Source: an uncultured bacterium
GTDB lineage: Bacteria > Desulfobacterota_D > UBA1144
Assembly: GCA_913050325.1 (NCBI GenBank)
Contig: CAJWZP010000001.1
Coordinates: 1,611 to 65,610 of the forward strand
Length of the DNA: 64,000 nt
Direction of reading: 5' to 3'
Positions 22,717 to 32,017 of the stretch are shown here, one piece after another; the stretch's first letter is position 1; each line of letters opens with the position of its first letter. Below the pieces are notes generated by a model, which saw only the letters and a program-made list of their open reading frames with translations, had not been told where the DNA came from and made no database searches. The translations under genes and the position numbers were made by a program.

Positions 22717-23919
22717 ATGAAAAATTCTATTAAAGATAAAAATATATTACTAGGTGTAACCGGGGGCATAGCAGCTTATAAATCTTGTGATTTGAGTAGA
22801 AAGCTTATGAAAGAAGGTGCAAAAATAAATGTTGTAATGACTGAAAATGCCGAAAAATTTGTTACAGCTCTAACATTCCAATATCTAACAGGTAATAAAG
22901 TTCATACAAATATGTACGATGAATCAGAATCTAAAATTTCACATATTGAATTGGCTGATACATCAGATTTGATAATCATATGTCCTGCAACAGCAAGCTT
23001 TATTTCTAAATACGCTAATGGAGTCGCAGACAATTTATTACTGAATATATTATTAGCTTCAAAGGCAGATGTAATTGTTTGCCCTGCTATGAACGTAAAC
23101 ATGTATGAAAACAAAATTGTTCAAGAAAATATTAAGAAACTAATTAAAGTTGGGGTTCAAATAATAGAACCTGAAAAAGGTGAGTTAGCCTGTGGATGGG
23201 TTGGAAAAGGTAAATTGGCAGATATTGATCTTATTATTGAAATAGTAAAAAAAAAATATCAAAAAAAAACTTTAAAAAATGAATCTGTATTAATTACAGC
23301 TGGTGCAACAAGAGAATATTTAGATCCTGTTAGATTTATTTCTAACCCCTCTAGTGGAATTATGGGACAGGCTTTAGGAAGTGAATTTAAAAAAAGAGGA
23401 GCTAAAGTTGATATTGTGGCGGGACATACAGATGTAAATCTTAATTTGTTTGATCATTATACAAAAGTAGATAGCGCTGATGAAATGAAAAAAATTATAT
23501 CAAAAAAATTAAAATCCTATTCAATAGTTATTAAAGCCGCTGCTGTAGGAGATTTTAAATTTAAGAATAAAAATAAAAATAAGATAAAGAAAGACATTTC
23601 ACCAATTGTAATTGAAATGGAAAAAAACATTGATGTGCTTAAATTTATAGGAAGTAGAAAAACTAAAAATCAAATCTTAATCGGCTTTTCTGCTGAAACA
23701 GAAAAAATATTGGTCAATTCAAAAAAGAAAATTGAAAATAAAAATTTGGATTTTATAGTTGCTAATGATATTTCTAAGAATGGTAGTGGATTTGGTAGTG
23801 ATTCAAACTTTACATATTTAATTAATTCAAAAAATGAGATAAAAAAACTTGGTCTAAAATCTAAAAAATATATTGCAGAAAAGATAGCTGATGAAGTTGA
23901 AAAAATAAGGCAGGATTAG
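22717..23919 (+). CDS. coaBC: Bifunctional phosphopantothenoylcysteine decarboxylase/ligase
   Basis: TGGIAAYK, PATA, PAMN, LACG..G.G, DPVRFISN.SSG.MG, GFSAET. Confidence 0.96.
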   Translation: MKNSIKDKNILLGVTGGIAAYKSCDLSRKLMKEGAKINVVMTENAEKFVTALTFQYLTGNKVHTNMYDESESKISHIELADTSDLIIICPATASFISKYANGVADNLLLNILLASKADVIVCPAMNVNMYENKIVQENIKKLIKVGVQIIEPEKGELACGWVGKGKLADIDLIIEIVKKKYQKKTLKNESVLITAGATREYLDPVRFISNPSSGIMGQALGSEFKKRGAKVDIVAGHTDVNLNLFDHYTKVDSADEMKKIISKKLKSYSIVIKAAAVGDFKFKNKNKNKIKKDISPIVIEMEKNIDVLKFIGSRKTKNQILIGFSAETEKILVNSKKKIENKNLDFIVANDISKNGSGFGSDSNFTYLINSKNEIKKLGLKSKKYIAEKIADEVEKIRQD

Positions 23920-23937
23920 CCATATAACCCTGCCTTA
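23900..23937 (-). terminator. Intrinsic terminator of the HU gene
   Basis: Minus strand TAAGGCAGGGTTA-TATGGC-TAATCCTGCCTTA (13-bp stem with one G-U pair), then a T run, 5 nt after the HU stop. Confidence 0.75.
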
Positions 23938-23942
23938 AAAAA

Positions 23943-24227
23943 TTATCCTAAGACAGAATCTTTGCAAGCTTTTGAAACTCTGAATTTTACAACCTTTTTG
24001 GCAGGTATTTGAATAACCTCACCTGTCTGTGGATTTCTACCTTGTCTTGCTTTTCTGTCAACTAAAACTAATTTGCCCAATCCTGGTAATGTAAAAGATC
24101 CATTGCTCTTAGCTTCTGAACAAGCTAGATCGGCAAATGATTCAAGATATCTGTTCGCATCAGCTTTGGATATTCCTAATCTCTCAGCAATTGAACTCGC
24201 TATTTGTGATTTTGTTAATGCAGCCAT
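23943..24227 (-). CDS. hup: HU family DNA-binding protein
   Basis: LTKSQ, LPGLGKL, RKARQGRNPQTG, IPAK..VKF; AGGAGG Shine-Dalgarno. Confidence 0.93.
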   Translation of the reverse strand: MAALTKSQIASSIAERLGISKADANRYLESFADLACSEAKSNGSFTLPGLGKLVLVDRKARQGRNPQTGEVIQIPAKKVVKFRVSKACKDSVLG

Positions 24228-24274
24228 GAAAGCCTCCTGTAGAAACAGCTATATTATGTTCACTGTTTATTTCT

Positions 24275-24303
24275 AATATAGTTTTTTAATTAATAAAATG
24301 CAA
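24275..24303 (-). promoter_or_regulatory. Probable sigma70 promoter for HU
   Basis: Minus strand TTGCAT, 17 nt, TATATT. Confidence 0.55.
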
Positions 24304-24341
24304 GATTTTTATATATTAAAATCATGTATATTAATTAAATC

Positions 24342-25445
24342 ATGCGCTTCAAAGAAATTAATTTCTTTATAATATTATTAATTGCAGCCAGCATCCTCTT
24401 AGGTTTATACTTTTTACAATTTAGCCAAAGGATAGAAAATACCAACGAAAATGTGGAAAATATACCAAAAATATCAACTTTTACATCATATCCAGAGAAT
24501 TTTACTAAAAAAATAACTGTTTTAGCAAAATTATATAGTGAAAAAGAAATCACAATTAACGCCGAAGTTGATGGAACAATAAAAGAAAAAAAATTTTCAA
24601 TTGGTTCAATGGTCAAAAAAGGCGATGTAATAATAGCGATGACAGATACGAGAAAACTTCTACAATTAAAAGAAGTAAAAGATGGTTTGTCAGCATTTAA
24701 AGCAATTTTGGATGAGGAATCAAAAAACTATAAAGATGCAATATCTCTTTATGATAAAGATATTATTTCAAGAAGTGAATTGAAATCAAAAGAAAACCTA
24801 TATAAAAAAGCAAAGTCTGAATATGATAATAAAGAAGCAATTTACAAAAGAATTCTATGGGAATTTGATAATCTTAATGTTAAAGCTCCATTCGATGGTT
24901 ATATAAATAAATTTTATTTTGATGTTGGGCAGAAAATTAATTCAGGTCAAAGCTTATTACAATTTTCAAATTATGATAAATTAATCGGAAGAGTAAGCCT
25001 GAATTCAGAGGATTTAAAAAAAATAGATTCATCAGATAAAAAAATAAATGTAATTGATTCTAGTGGGCCAACAGAAGTAAAGTTTTTGGGTTTAAGTAAA
25101 GAAATCAATAAGGAAATATTCTCATATTTATTAGAATTTCAAATTGATAATAGTGAAGAAAAGTTTCTTCCTGGAGAGGTCGTTGAGGTTGAATTAAATT
25201 TAGAAGAATATAATAATTACTTTATTTTCCCTGCAAAAGCTGTTCTTAACCAAGGAAATGATTTTTATATTTTTTATTATGATAATGGAATTGCATTTAA
25301 AGAATACATAACTCCTATTTGGATTGATGATCAAAATTGTGCAATAGAAAATTTAATGGAATTATCAGAAATTAATATAATATTAAATGGGCAATTTAAT
25401 CTAGAAGATGGTCAACCTGTTGAGATATTAAATGAAAATTATTGA
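24342..25445 (+). CDS. RND efflux periplasmic adaptor (membrane fusion protein)
   Basis: N-terminal anchor, lipoyl halves (G..VKKGD and APFDG), coiled hairpin; overlaps the RND permease. Confidence 0.85.
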   Translation: MRFKEINFFIILLIAASILLGLYFLQFSQRIENTNENVENIPKISTFTSYPENFTKKITVLAKLYSEKEITINAEVDGTIKEKKFSIGSMVKKGDVIIAMTDTRKLLQLKEVKDGLSAFKAILDEESKNYKDAISLYDKDIISRSELKSKENLYKKAKSEYDNKEAIYKRILWEFDNLNVKAPFDGYINKFYFDVGQKINSGQSLLQFSNYDKLIGRVSLNSEDLKKIDSSDKKINVIDSSGPTEVKFLGLSKEINKEIFSYLLEFQIDNSEEKFLPGEVVEVELNLEEYNNYFIFPAKAVLNQGNDFYIFYYDNGIAFKEYITPIWIDDQNCAIENLMELSEINIILNGQFNLEDGQPVEILNENY

Positions 25446-28400
25446 GTATTCTGTAAAAAATCCAGTTTTTGCTAATCTTTTAATGGCAACTATTATAATA
25501 TTTGGTCTTTATGTAGGATTAAATTTACCCAAGGAACTATTTCCATCTATAGGTTTTGAAAAAGTAACAGTTTATACAATATATGATAATTCAACTGCTG
25601 AAGATATAGAAAAATTAATTACAATTCCAATAGAAGATCAGATTGCTTCAATATCAGGAATTAAAAATATCAAATCTGAATCAAGGGAGTCTAGATCTTT
25701 CATAGTTGCCGAACTTTTTCCTAACGAAGATACAAAAGATATTGCACAAGAAATTCGTTCTAAAATATCCCAAATAAAAAATGAATTACCAGATGATATA
25801 GAGGATCCTATTGTCAGTGAAGTTAAAGGAAGTGCTCCACTAATTAATGTATCGATTGCGAGTAAAGCTGATAAAGAAGAGTTGAGATTTTATGCAAGAG
25901 AATTAAGAAATAAACTTGAAAAACTAGATAGCGTTGAGAGTTTAATTGTTTCTGGCTATGGGGATTTAGTTTTTTGGATAAATATTGACCCAAAAAAATT
26001 AATGCAATATGAGATTAAACTTGATGATGTTATAACTCAAATTAAAAACAAAAATGTTGACCTACCAGCTGGTGCAGTAAATTTTGGTGAACAAGAATTT
26101 ACTATTAGAACTAAAGGTAAAATAGAAAGTATTGAAGAGCTAGAGTCTATTCCAATAAAATTTCTATCCAGTGATATAACTCTAAAGCTTAAAGATGTAT
26201 CAAATATATATCTTGGTCAAGAACAAGAATTAAGTCTTTCAAGAATTAATGGATTAAACTCCGTATCATTTTGGATTGAAAAACAGAAAAGTAAAGATGC
26301 TATTAAATCAGTAGAAGAAATAAAATTAATAACTAAAAAGTTTTTGGAAACATCTCCTGAAAGTATTAAAGTTTTTATTTCAAATGATTCCTCATATTGG
26401 GTCAAAGGTAGATTTGATTCAATGATAAAAACGGGCTTTTACGGAATATGTGCTGTGCTTATTGTTTTAGCACTATTCCTTGATTTTAGATCAGCTTTTT
26501 TAGCAGCGCTTGGGTTACCAGTTGCTTTCTTTGGAGCCTTTATATTAATGCAATATTCTGGAAATACTTTAAATGTAATAACAATGTTTGGATTAATAAT
26601 GGTGTTGGGAATAGTTGTAGATGACGCTATAATTGTTGTTGAAAATATTAAAAGATACATACAAAAAGGTATTGAACCAGTTAAAGCAGCAGTGATTGGT
26701 GCAAAAGAGGTTGCTTGGCCTGTTATTGCTACAGTTTTAACTAACATTGCATCTTTATTTCCAATTTTATTAGCAGAGGGAACTTTGGGAATTTTTCTAT
26801 CTATAATTCCAACTGTGGCAATATTTGCATTAGTTTTTTCTTTAATAGAAGCTTTAACAATTCTACCTTCTCATTGTGCTGAATTTGTTAAAGCGTCTAA
26901 AGAGTCTGGAATTTTTTCAAAATACTTCGATAAATTTAGAAGAAAATATTTAAGAGTTCTTATCAATGTATTAAGAGCAAAGTACCAGGTAATTGGTATT
27001 TTCTTTGTTGTACTATTAATTAGCCTGGGAATTTTATTTAAGATACCATTCGTATTATTGTATTCTTCCGATATAAATCAGTATCTTGTTAAAGTTGAAA
27101 ATCCTACAAATTATAGTTTAAATGCAACATTGGATAAAACTATAGAAATAGAAAATATAATTGAATCAAATACAAATAAAAATCTTAAAAATAATTCCTT
27201 ATCAACTATTGGAGTTGATTTTTCCAAAAAACCTCCAGGTTTTGGAGATCATGTATCAAATATATTAATTCAACTTAAGGATTTTGAAGAACGTGAAGAA
27301 AATGGCTTAAAATCAATGAAAAAAATACAGAAAATTATAGATGAAAAAGTTGTTGGTCCTTCATCAATAGAATTTATTGAGACAACTGGACCACCTAAAG
27401 GTAAAGATATAGATATTAGAATTATCGGGGATGATACTTCAAAATTATCTGAAATAAGTTTGAAAATTAAAAATTTTTTAAAAAAACAAAATGGTGTATT
27501 TGGTATAAACGATAACCTCTCATATGGTAAACCCAGAGCAAGTCTTAAAGTCAATGAAGAAAAAGCATCTCAATATGGATTTAATACCGCATCCGTGGGG
27601 AGGGAAGTTAGGGCATTAATTGATGGATTGGAAATTGATGAAACCAGAGTGAACGATGAAAAAGCAACAATCAAAATTAGATATGAATTTAATAATATAA
27701 ATTCAATAATGGGGCTTAAAAACCATTTGATGTTAAATAAAAATTCAGAATTTGTTCCTATAGGTAATTTTTCTGAGATAAATATAAATTCTGATTTATT
27801 AAATATCTCAAGATTTAACAGACAAAGAGCTGCAAGTATTACTGCTGAAGTTGATGGTGATATAACGACACCAAGGGAAGTCATAGGTAAAGCTGTTTCT
27901 TTTTATGAATCAATAAAAGATAATTATCCAGGTTATAAACTTGCTCTTGATGGAGAAGAACAAGAAACTCGAGAATCTTTAAATAGTGTTAAACGTGCAT
28001 CCGTTATAGCAATACTGTTGATATATCTAATTCTTGCAACTATTTTAAGATCTTACATTCAGCCGCTATTAATAATGTCAATTGTTCCATTTTGTATGAT
28101 TGGTGTTATTTTTGGAATTTTATTAAGAGGTGATCCTATCTCAATTACAGGAATAATAGGTGCGGTTGCGCTTATAGGAGTAGTGATAAATGATAGCTTA
28201 CTTTTAATGAACTTTATAAATAAAGGTGTTAAAAATAATCTCTATGGCTGTGCCGTATTCATATCGGCAAAAAATAGATTTAGAGCTGTAATTTTAACTA
28301 CACTTACAACTTTTGGAGGACTTTTAACACTAATGTTTGAAACTAGAGGTGAAGCAGCTTATTTAGCACCGATGGCGATATCTCTTGGAGTAGGACTAGT

Positions 28401-28512
28401 AATTGCCACAATGATAACTTTATTCCTTATTCCCTGTCTTTATTTAGCATTAATAGACTTTAAAAGAAGATATTTTAATCAGAGGAGCTCGGAAACTTTA
28501 AATATTGGATAA
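25432..28512 (+). CDS. RND efflux permease, AcrB/AcrD/AcrF family
   Basis: 1026 aa; LGIVVDDAIIVVEN, GVVIND, RFRAVILT; two large periplasmic domains. Confidence 0.93.
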   Translation: MKIIEYSVKNPVFANLLMATIIIFGLYVGLNLPKELFPSIGFEKVTVYTIYDNSTAEDIEKLITIPIEDQIASISGIKNIKSESRESRSFIVAELFPNEDTKDIAQEIRSKISQIKNELPDDIEDPIVSEVKGSAPLINVSIASKADKEELRFYARELRNKLEKLDSVESLIVSGYGDLVFWINIDPKKLMQYEIKLDDVITQIKNKNVDLPAGAVNFGEQEFTIRTKGKIESIEELESIPIKFLSSDITLKLKDVSNIYLGQEQELSLSRINGLNSVSFWIEKQKSKDAIKSVEEIKLITKKFLETSPESIKVFISNDSSYWVKGRFDSMIKTGFYGICAVLIVLALFLDFRSAFLAALGLPVAFFGAFILMQYSGNTLNVITMFGLIMVLGIVVDDAIIVVENIKRYIQKGIEPVKAAVIGAKEVAWPVIATVLTNIASLFPILLAEGTLGIFLSIIPTVAIFALVFSLIEALTILPSHCAEFVKASKESGIFSKYFDKFRRKYLRVLINVLRAKYQVIGIFFVVLLISLGILFKIPFVLLYSSDINQYLVKVENPTNYSLNATLDKTIEIENIIESNTNKNLKNNSLSTIGVDFSKKPPGFGDHVSNILIQLKDFEEREENGLKSMKKIQKIIDEKVVGPSSIEFIETTGPPKGKDIDIRIIGDDTSKLSEISLKIKNFLKKQNGVFGINDNLSYGKPRASLKVNEEKASQYGFNTASVGREVRALIDGLEIDETRVNDEKATIKIRYEFNNINSIMGLKNHLMLNKNSEFVPIGNFSEININSDLLNISRFNRQRAASITAEVDGDITTPREVIGKAVSFYESIKDNYPGYKLALDGEEQETRESLNSVKRASVIAILLIYLILATILRSYIQPLLIMSIVPFCMIGVIFGILLRGDPISITGIIGAVALIGVVINDSLLLMNFINKGVKNNLYGCAVFISAKNRFRAVILTTLTTFGGLLTLMFETRGEAAYLAPMAISLGVGLVIATMITLFLIPCLYLALIDFKRRYFNQRSSETLNIG

Positions 28513-29009
28513 TAATTAATATTTAAATCTTTAAATTTTTTCTCTGCGTTCATTTCACGATCAACTATTGATAATATTGCATTTACATTACATTTTAAAT
28601 TTTTTAATTCTTCAATTACCTTTATCAGTGAACCTCCAGTTGAAACAACATCTTCAACAAGAATTACATCTTTTGATTCTATATCTGGTCCTTCAATTAA
28701 TTTTTTAGTACCATGTTTTTTATCTGTTGATCTTGCAAGAAAACCACTTAAATTGTATTTTTCATCAGATGCTTTTTGGAGTAATGCACCAACAATTGGA
28801 TCTGCACCAATAGTTGGCCCACCTACATAGTTAATATTAAATTGGGTTATTTTTTGATAGAAAATGCTGGTAATAATTGATAAAGGCTTTGAACTTAAGG
28901 TGCACAGCCTTGCATCAATATAATAGTTACTCTTTTCTCCTGATGATAATATAAAATCACCTTTTATAATTGATAATTGCGTAAGATACTTTTTTAATTC
29001 ATTTTTCAT
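28479..29009 (-). CDS. pyrE: Orotate phosphoribosyltransferase
   Basis: GDF.LSSG..S.YYID, K.HGT..LIEG, LVEDVVSTGGS. Confidence 0.93.
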   Translation of the reverse strand: MKNELKKYLTQLSIIKGDFILSSGEKSNYYIDARLCTLSSKPLSIITSIFYQKITQFNINYVGGPTIGADPIVGALLQKASDEKYNLSGFLARSTDKKHGTKKLIEGPDIESKDVILVEDVVSTGGSLIKVIEELKNLKCNVNAILSIVDREMNAEKKFKDLNINYYPIFKVSELL

Positions 29010-29051
29010 AATGTTATATAAGCTTTAGTTATTTTGAGTTAAAATATCTAT

Positions 29052-30356
29052 ATGTCAAAACTTCCACCAGGCTCAAAGACTGCGACAGAATATACTTTTT
29101 TAAATGCTCTATACGAAAGAAGGTCCCGCAGGTTTGCTATGGGTGGTGAAATTGATGAAGGACCTTTAAAATTTAAATCTAAACATAAACCTATTCCTCT
29201 TAGTGAAATAGAAGAAGCTATTTTAGTTTGGAACGGTTTAGGGATTAAAAATATAAATCTTTCAGATTTTCCTCCACATAAAGGTCTAGATTTGGAGGTT
29301 AAATTTATGAGTAAAACTATCGCATCATTAGGAGATATTCATAGAACCGAGCTATTTTATACAAATGATGATGGATTATATTTGGTAAAATTACATGACC
29401 AACTTCCATCTGATTTAAAAGGTATTGAAGGCTTGTCAAAAGAAAAGAAAATTGAAAAAATTGTTGAACTTTTTAAAGCCTCTAGAATTAAAATTCATGA
29501 TAAGAGAGCAGATTTGCCTACTGTTCCTCCTGGTTTGGCAATACATAATACTTGGAGTGTTAATAAGCCTGGAACAACCCTAATGATGCCTGTCACTGAT
29601 TTAAGTGCTGGGCTAATTAATATTCTATTTTTTTATATGAGGGATGGACATAGATTTCACTTTGTTGATGAATTAAAAAAAATGAAGCCTGCAGGAACTC
29701 AAAAATGGATAGATGATGGTTATATAGACACATCTAAACCTATTCCGCTAATTGAAGCTGAGCTAAGATTTGCAAATGGATACATTGCAGAACAGCCAAT
29801 GTTTTGTCAAAATGTAGCTTTAACACAACAAATTTTAGGAATTGGTGGATGGATGTTTAGTGGATTTCAAAGCAGATATATGCTTGGGGCTGATAAAGAT
29901 TTCAAAGGGCTAGGATTTACATGTGTAGAATCAAAAGAAGACTGGGGAGAAGCAGTATCAAAAGCACCTGTAGGACTTGATGGACTTTTTGAAGCTTACT
30001 CACCTCCCTATTATTCTAATATGGGTGAAGCAGTAGAAGCCTTTAATGATATGAAATGGTCAAATTGGGAAGAAAAATTTATGCCTTATAAAGATCCAAC
30101 AGGAGTATTAAATGATACTCCCAGACCTTCAAAAAAAGAAATTGAAATTGTTAAAGATGTATGTACTTACCTATATGAAACTTATGGAAGATTCCCAGCT
30201 TTTTCTGATGCAATGTATTGTCGTATGATGGTTCAAAATCATCACATCGATTTGGATTTTTACGATCATTTTTATCCCGAAGGCTCATACACTGAAAATC
30301 ATAGAAATCATTTTTCTCTTTGGCATCCAGATATTGAAGATCCTTTTAAAAAATAA
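29052..30356 (+). CDS. Uncharacterised protein, probable nitroreductase-superfamily (FMN-binding) fold
   Basis: RRSRRF near the N-terminus and QN.AL....LG.GG near residue 260 resemble the nitroreductase FMN-binding motifs. At 434 aa it is about twice the usual size. Confidence 0.55.
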   Translation: MSKLPPGSKTATEYTFLNALYERRSRRFAMGGEIDEGPLKFKSKHKPIPLSEIEEAILVWNGLGIKNINLSDFPPHKGLDLEVKFMSKTIASLGDIHRTELFYTNDDGLYLVKLHDQLPSDLKGIEGLSKEKKIEKIVELFKASRIKIHDKRADLPTVPPGLAIHNTWSVNKPGTTLMMPVTDLSAGLINILFFYMRDGHRFHFVDELKKMKPAGTQKWIDDGYIDTSKPIPLIEAELRFANGYIAEQPMFCQNVALTQQILGIGGWMFSGFQSRYMLGADKDFKGLGFTCVESKEDWGEAVSKAPVGLDGLFEAYSPPYYSNMGEAVEAFNDMKWSNWEEKFMPYKDPTGVLNDTPRPSKKEIEIVKDVCTYLYETYGRFPAFSDAMYCRMMVQNHHIDLDFYDHFYPEGSYTENHRNHFSLWHPDIEDPFKK

Positions 30357-30358
30357 AA

Positions 30359-30544
30359 TTATTTAATTCTTATTTTGTTTTCATATTTTAATAAAATGGG
30401 ACGACCGTCAGGTGTACAAAGTGGGATTACTTCATTCTTAGTTTTAACACACAATGTAGGATTGTTATGTTTTTCATTTCCCAAATTTACTTCAATATCA
30501 GCTATAACAATCTCTATGTCCTTTAAAATTTCTAATATTTTCAT
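30359..30544 (-). CDS. Small hypothetical protein (61 aa)
   Basis: AGGAGA Shine-Dalgarno, ATG start, fills its own gap, globular-looking sequence (PTLC...PLCTPDGRP). Confidence 0.7.
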   Translation of the reverse strand: MKILEILKDIEIVIADIEVNLGNEKHNNPTLCVKTKNEVIPLCTPDGRPILLKYENKIRIK

Positions 30545-30615
30545 TAAATATCTCCTTTTATAAGCTTATATTTAAATTAACTAGAAAATAATTCTGTGTT
30601 GGTTAAATTATTTCA

Positions 30616-30798
30616 ATGAGTGAATTTGATTCATTTATGAAAAAATATACCAATAAACTTTGGAGTTTTATTGGCATCGATATTAAAAATGAAATGCTAA
30701 GAAATCTTTTGGACGGATTCTCACTTCTATTATTAGTAGTAGTTGTTTTAATGTTAATTTTATTCATACCTAATTTAATTTATAAGTTTCTATTTTAA
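30616..30798 (+). CDS. Small hypothetical membrane protein (60 aa)
   Basis: ATG start, one C-terminal hydrophobic helix, TAAATT box 6 nt upstream. Confidence 0.6.
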   Translation: MSEFDSFMKKYTNKLWSFIGIDIKNEMLRNLLDGFSLLLLVVVVLMLILFIPNLIYKFLF

Positions 30799-30802
30799 TT
30801 AT

Positions 30803-31024
30803 ATGGATATCTTTATTTTATATGTTGGTAGACAAATATGTGAGTTCTTAGATTTTCTTGGTAATGATCAATATTGTGGTCCTTCATATCATTGGATGGC
30901 GTGTGATAATCTTACTCTTGCCGATAATATAGTCTGTAATGTTGTTTACAACTTAGGTGTATTCTCACTTATTATAGTTCTACTGTTGATTTCATTTAAA
31001 TTACGTAAAATAAGAGTTATGTAA
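30803..31024 (+). CDS. Small Cys-rich hypothetical membrane protein (73 aa)
   Basis: Starts 4 nt after the previous stop; four Cys, then a transmembrane helix and a basic tail. Confidence 0.6.
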   Translation: MDIFILYVGRQICEFLDFLGNDQYCGPSYHWMACDNLTLADNIVCNVVYNLGVFSLIIVLLLISFKLRKIRVM

Positions 31025-31035
31025 ATTGTCGATAA

Positions 31036-31458
31036 TTAGAAACCAAATAGATTAGATACATAAATATCTCCTTCAGTAGTTTCTTCAACTTGATAAGTAA
31101 TATTTTTTAACATCTTTAAATTTTTAACTAGACCATCATTCCATTTGTATTCAAGCTCTGCTGCACAAGAATATGAATTTGTTCTTTTATTATAATTTTT
31201 TACTCTGATATTCTTTATTTTGTATTTTGGGTCAGGAATTTCCCTAGTACCATCAATATATGCTGTATATCGCTCATCTGTAAAAAGAGAAAGACCTATG
31301 GCTTCACCAAACCTGAAACCTCTTTCATAGTCATCATTTAAAACATAATATTCAATTGAATCTTCTAGAATATCTAATGTATCAGACGAATCACATGAAA
31401 TATTAGGTCCACAGCTAGCAAAAAATAAAAAAGATAAAATAATAAAAAAATGCTTCAT
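31036..31458 (-). CDS. Hypothetical lipoprotein
   Basis: MKH plus hydrophobic core plus lipobox FASC; two further Cys. Confidence 0.7.
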   Translation of the reverse strand: MKHFFIILSFLFFASCGPNISCDSSDTLDILEDSIEYYVLNDDYERGFRFGEAIGLSLFTDERYTAYIDGTREIPDPKYKIKNIRVKNYNKRTNSYSCAAELEYKWNDGLVKNLKMLKNITYQVEETTEGDIYVSNLFGF

Positions 31459-31477
31459 AAAGTATGATTATAGATTA

Positions 31478-31951
31478 TTAAACTCCTCCTATAAAGCCTA
31501 AAATTATCATTTCTACTAAAACTATTAATAACAATGTTAAATATGTCCACCAATACTCTGAACGTCTACTGCGGCTTTTAAAGTCTAGCCATTCAACGAA
31601 ATACTTCTTACTAGCCTCTAAAAATTCATAAGATTTTTCAGGCGACCTCCCCCATTTGTTTTCTTCTGGGTCGGATTTGTAGAACATTAATATAAAAACA
31701 ATAACAAAACCTAACAGCGAAATTACTAAAAATAGAATAGCCACACCACTAAGGTTTTTAAATCTATTAATATCTTCTAAATCATATACATCAGTATTAA
31801 AATAAACTATCAATGAAAAAATAATTATTGCAATAAGTGGTGTTAAATACCACCAACCCGATCTACCAGAATCATGTAGTCTTCTAAATATCAATGATGT
31901 ACTAGCTATAGTGAGATAAATTTGAAATATTGAATAAACTATTGTAAACAC
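31478..31951 (-). CDS. DUF805 (YhaH/YhaI-like) membrane protein with permuted motif order
   Basis: Contains RRLHD.GRSGWW, N.WG..P and DF..RS.RSEYWW motifs; GTG start. Confidence 0.85.
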   Translation of the reverse strand: MFTIVYSIFQIYLTIASTSLIFRRLHDSGRSGWWYLTPLIAIIIFSLIVYFNTDVYDLEDINRFKNLSGVAILFLVISLLGFVIVFILMFYKSDPEENKWGRSPEKSYEFLEASKKYFVEWLDFKSRSRRSEYWWTYLTLLLIVLVEMIILGFIGGV

Positions 31952-31981
31952 TCTAAAATTTTACACTAAATTAATTAATGA

Positions 31982-32006
31982 TTACAGGGTCTTTCGGACC
32001 CTGTAA
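31982..32006 (-). terminator. Hairpin downstream of nrdB, probable terminator or 3' protection stem
   Basis: Perfect 10-bp inverted repeat TTACAGGGTC/GACCCTGTAA with a 5-nt loop, 11 nt after the nrdB stop; the U tail is weak. Confidence 0.65.
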
Positions 32007-32017
32007 CCTTACTTTCT

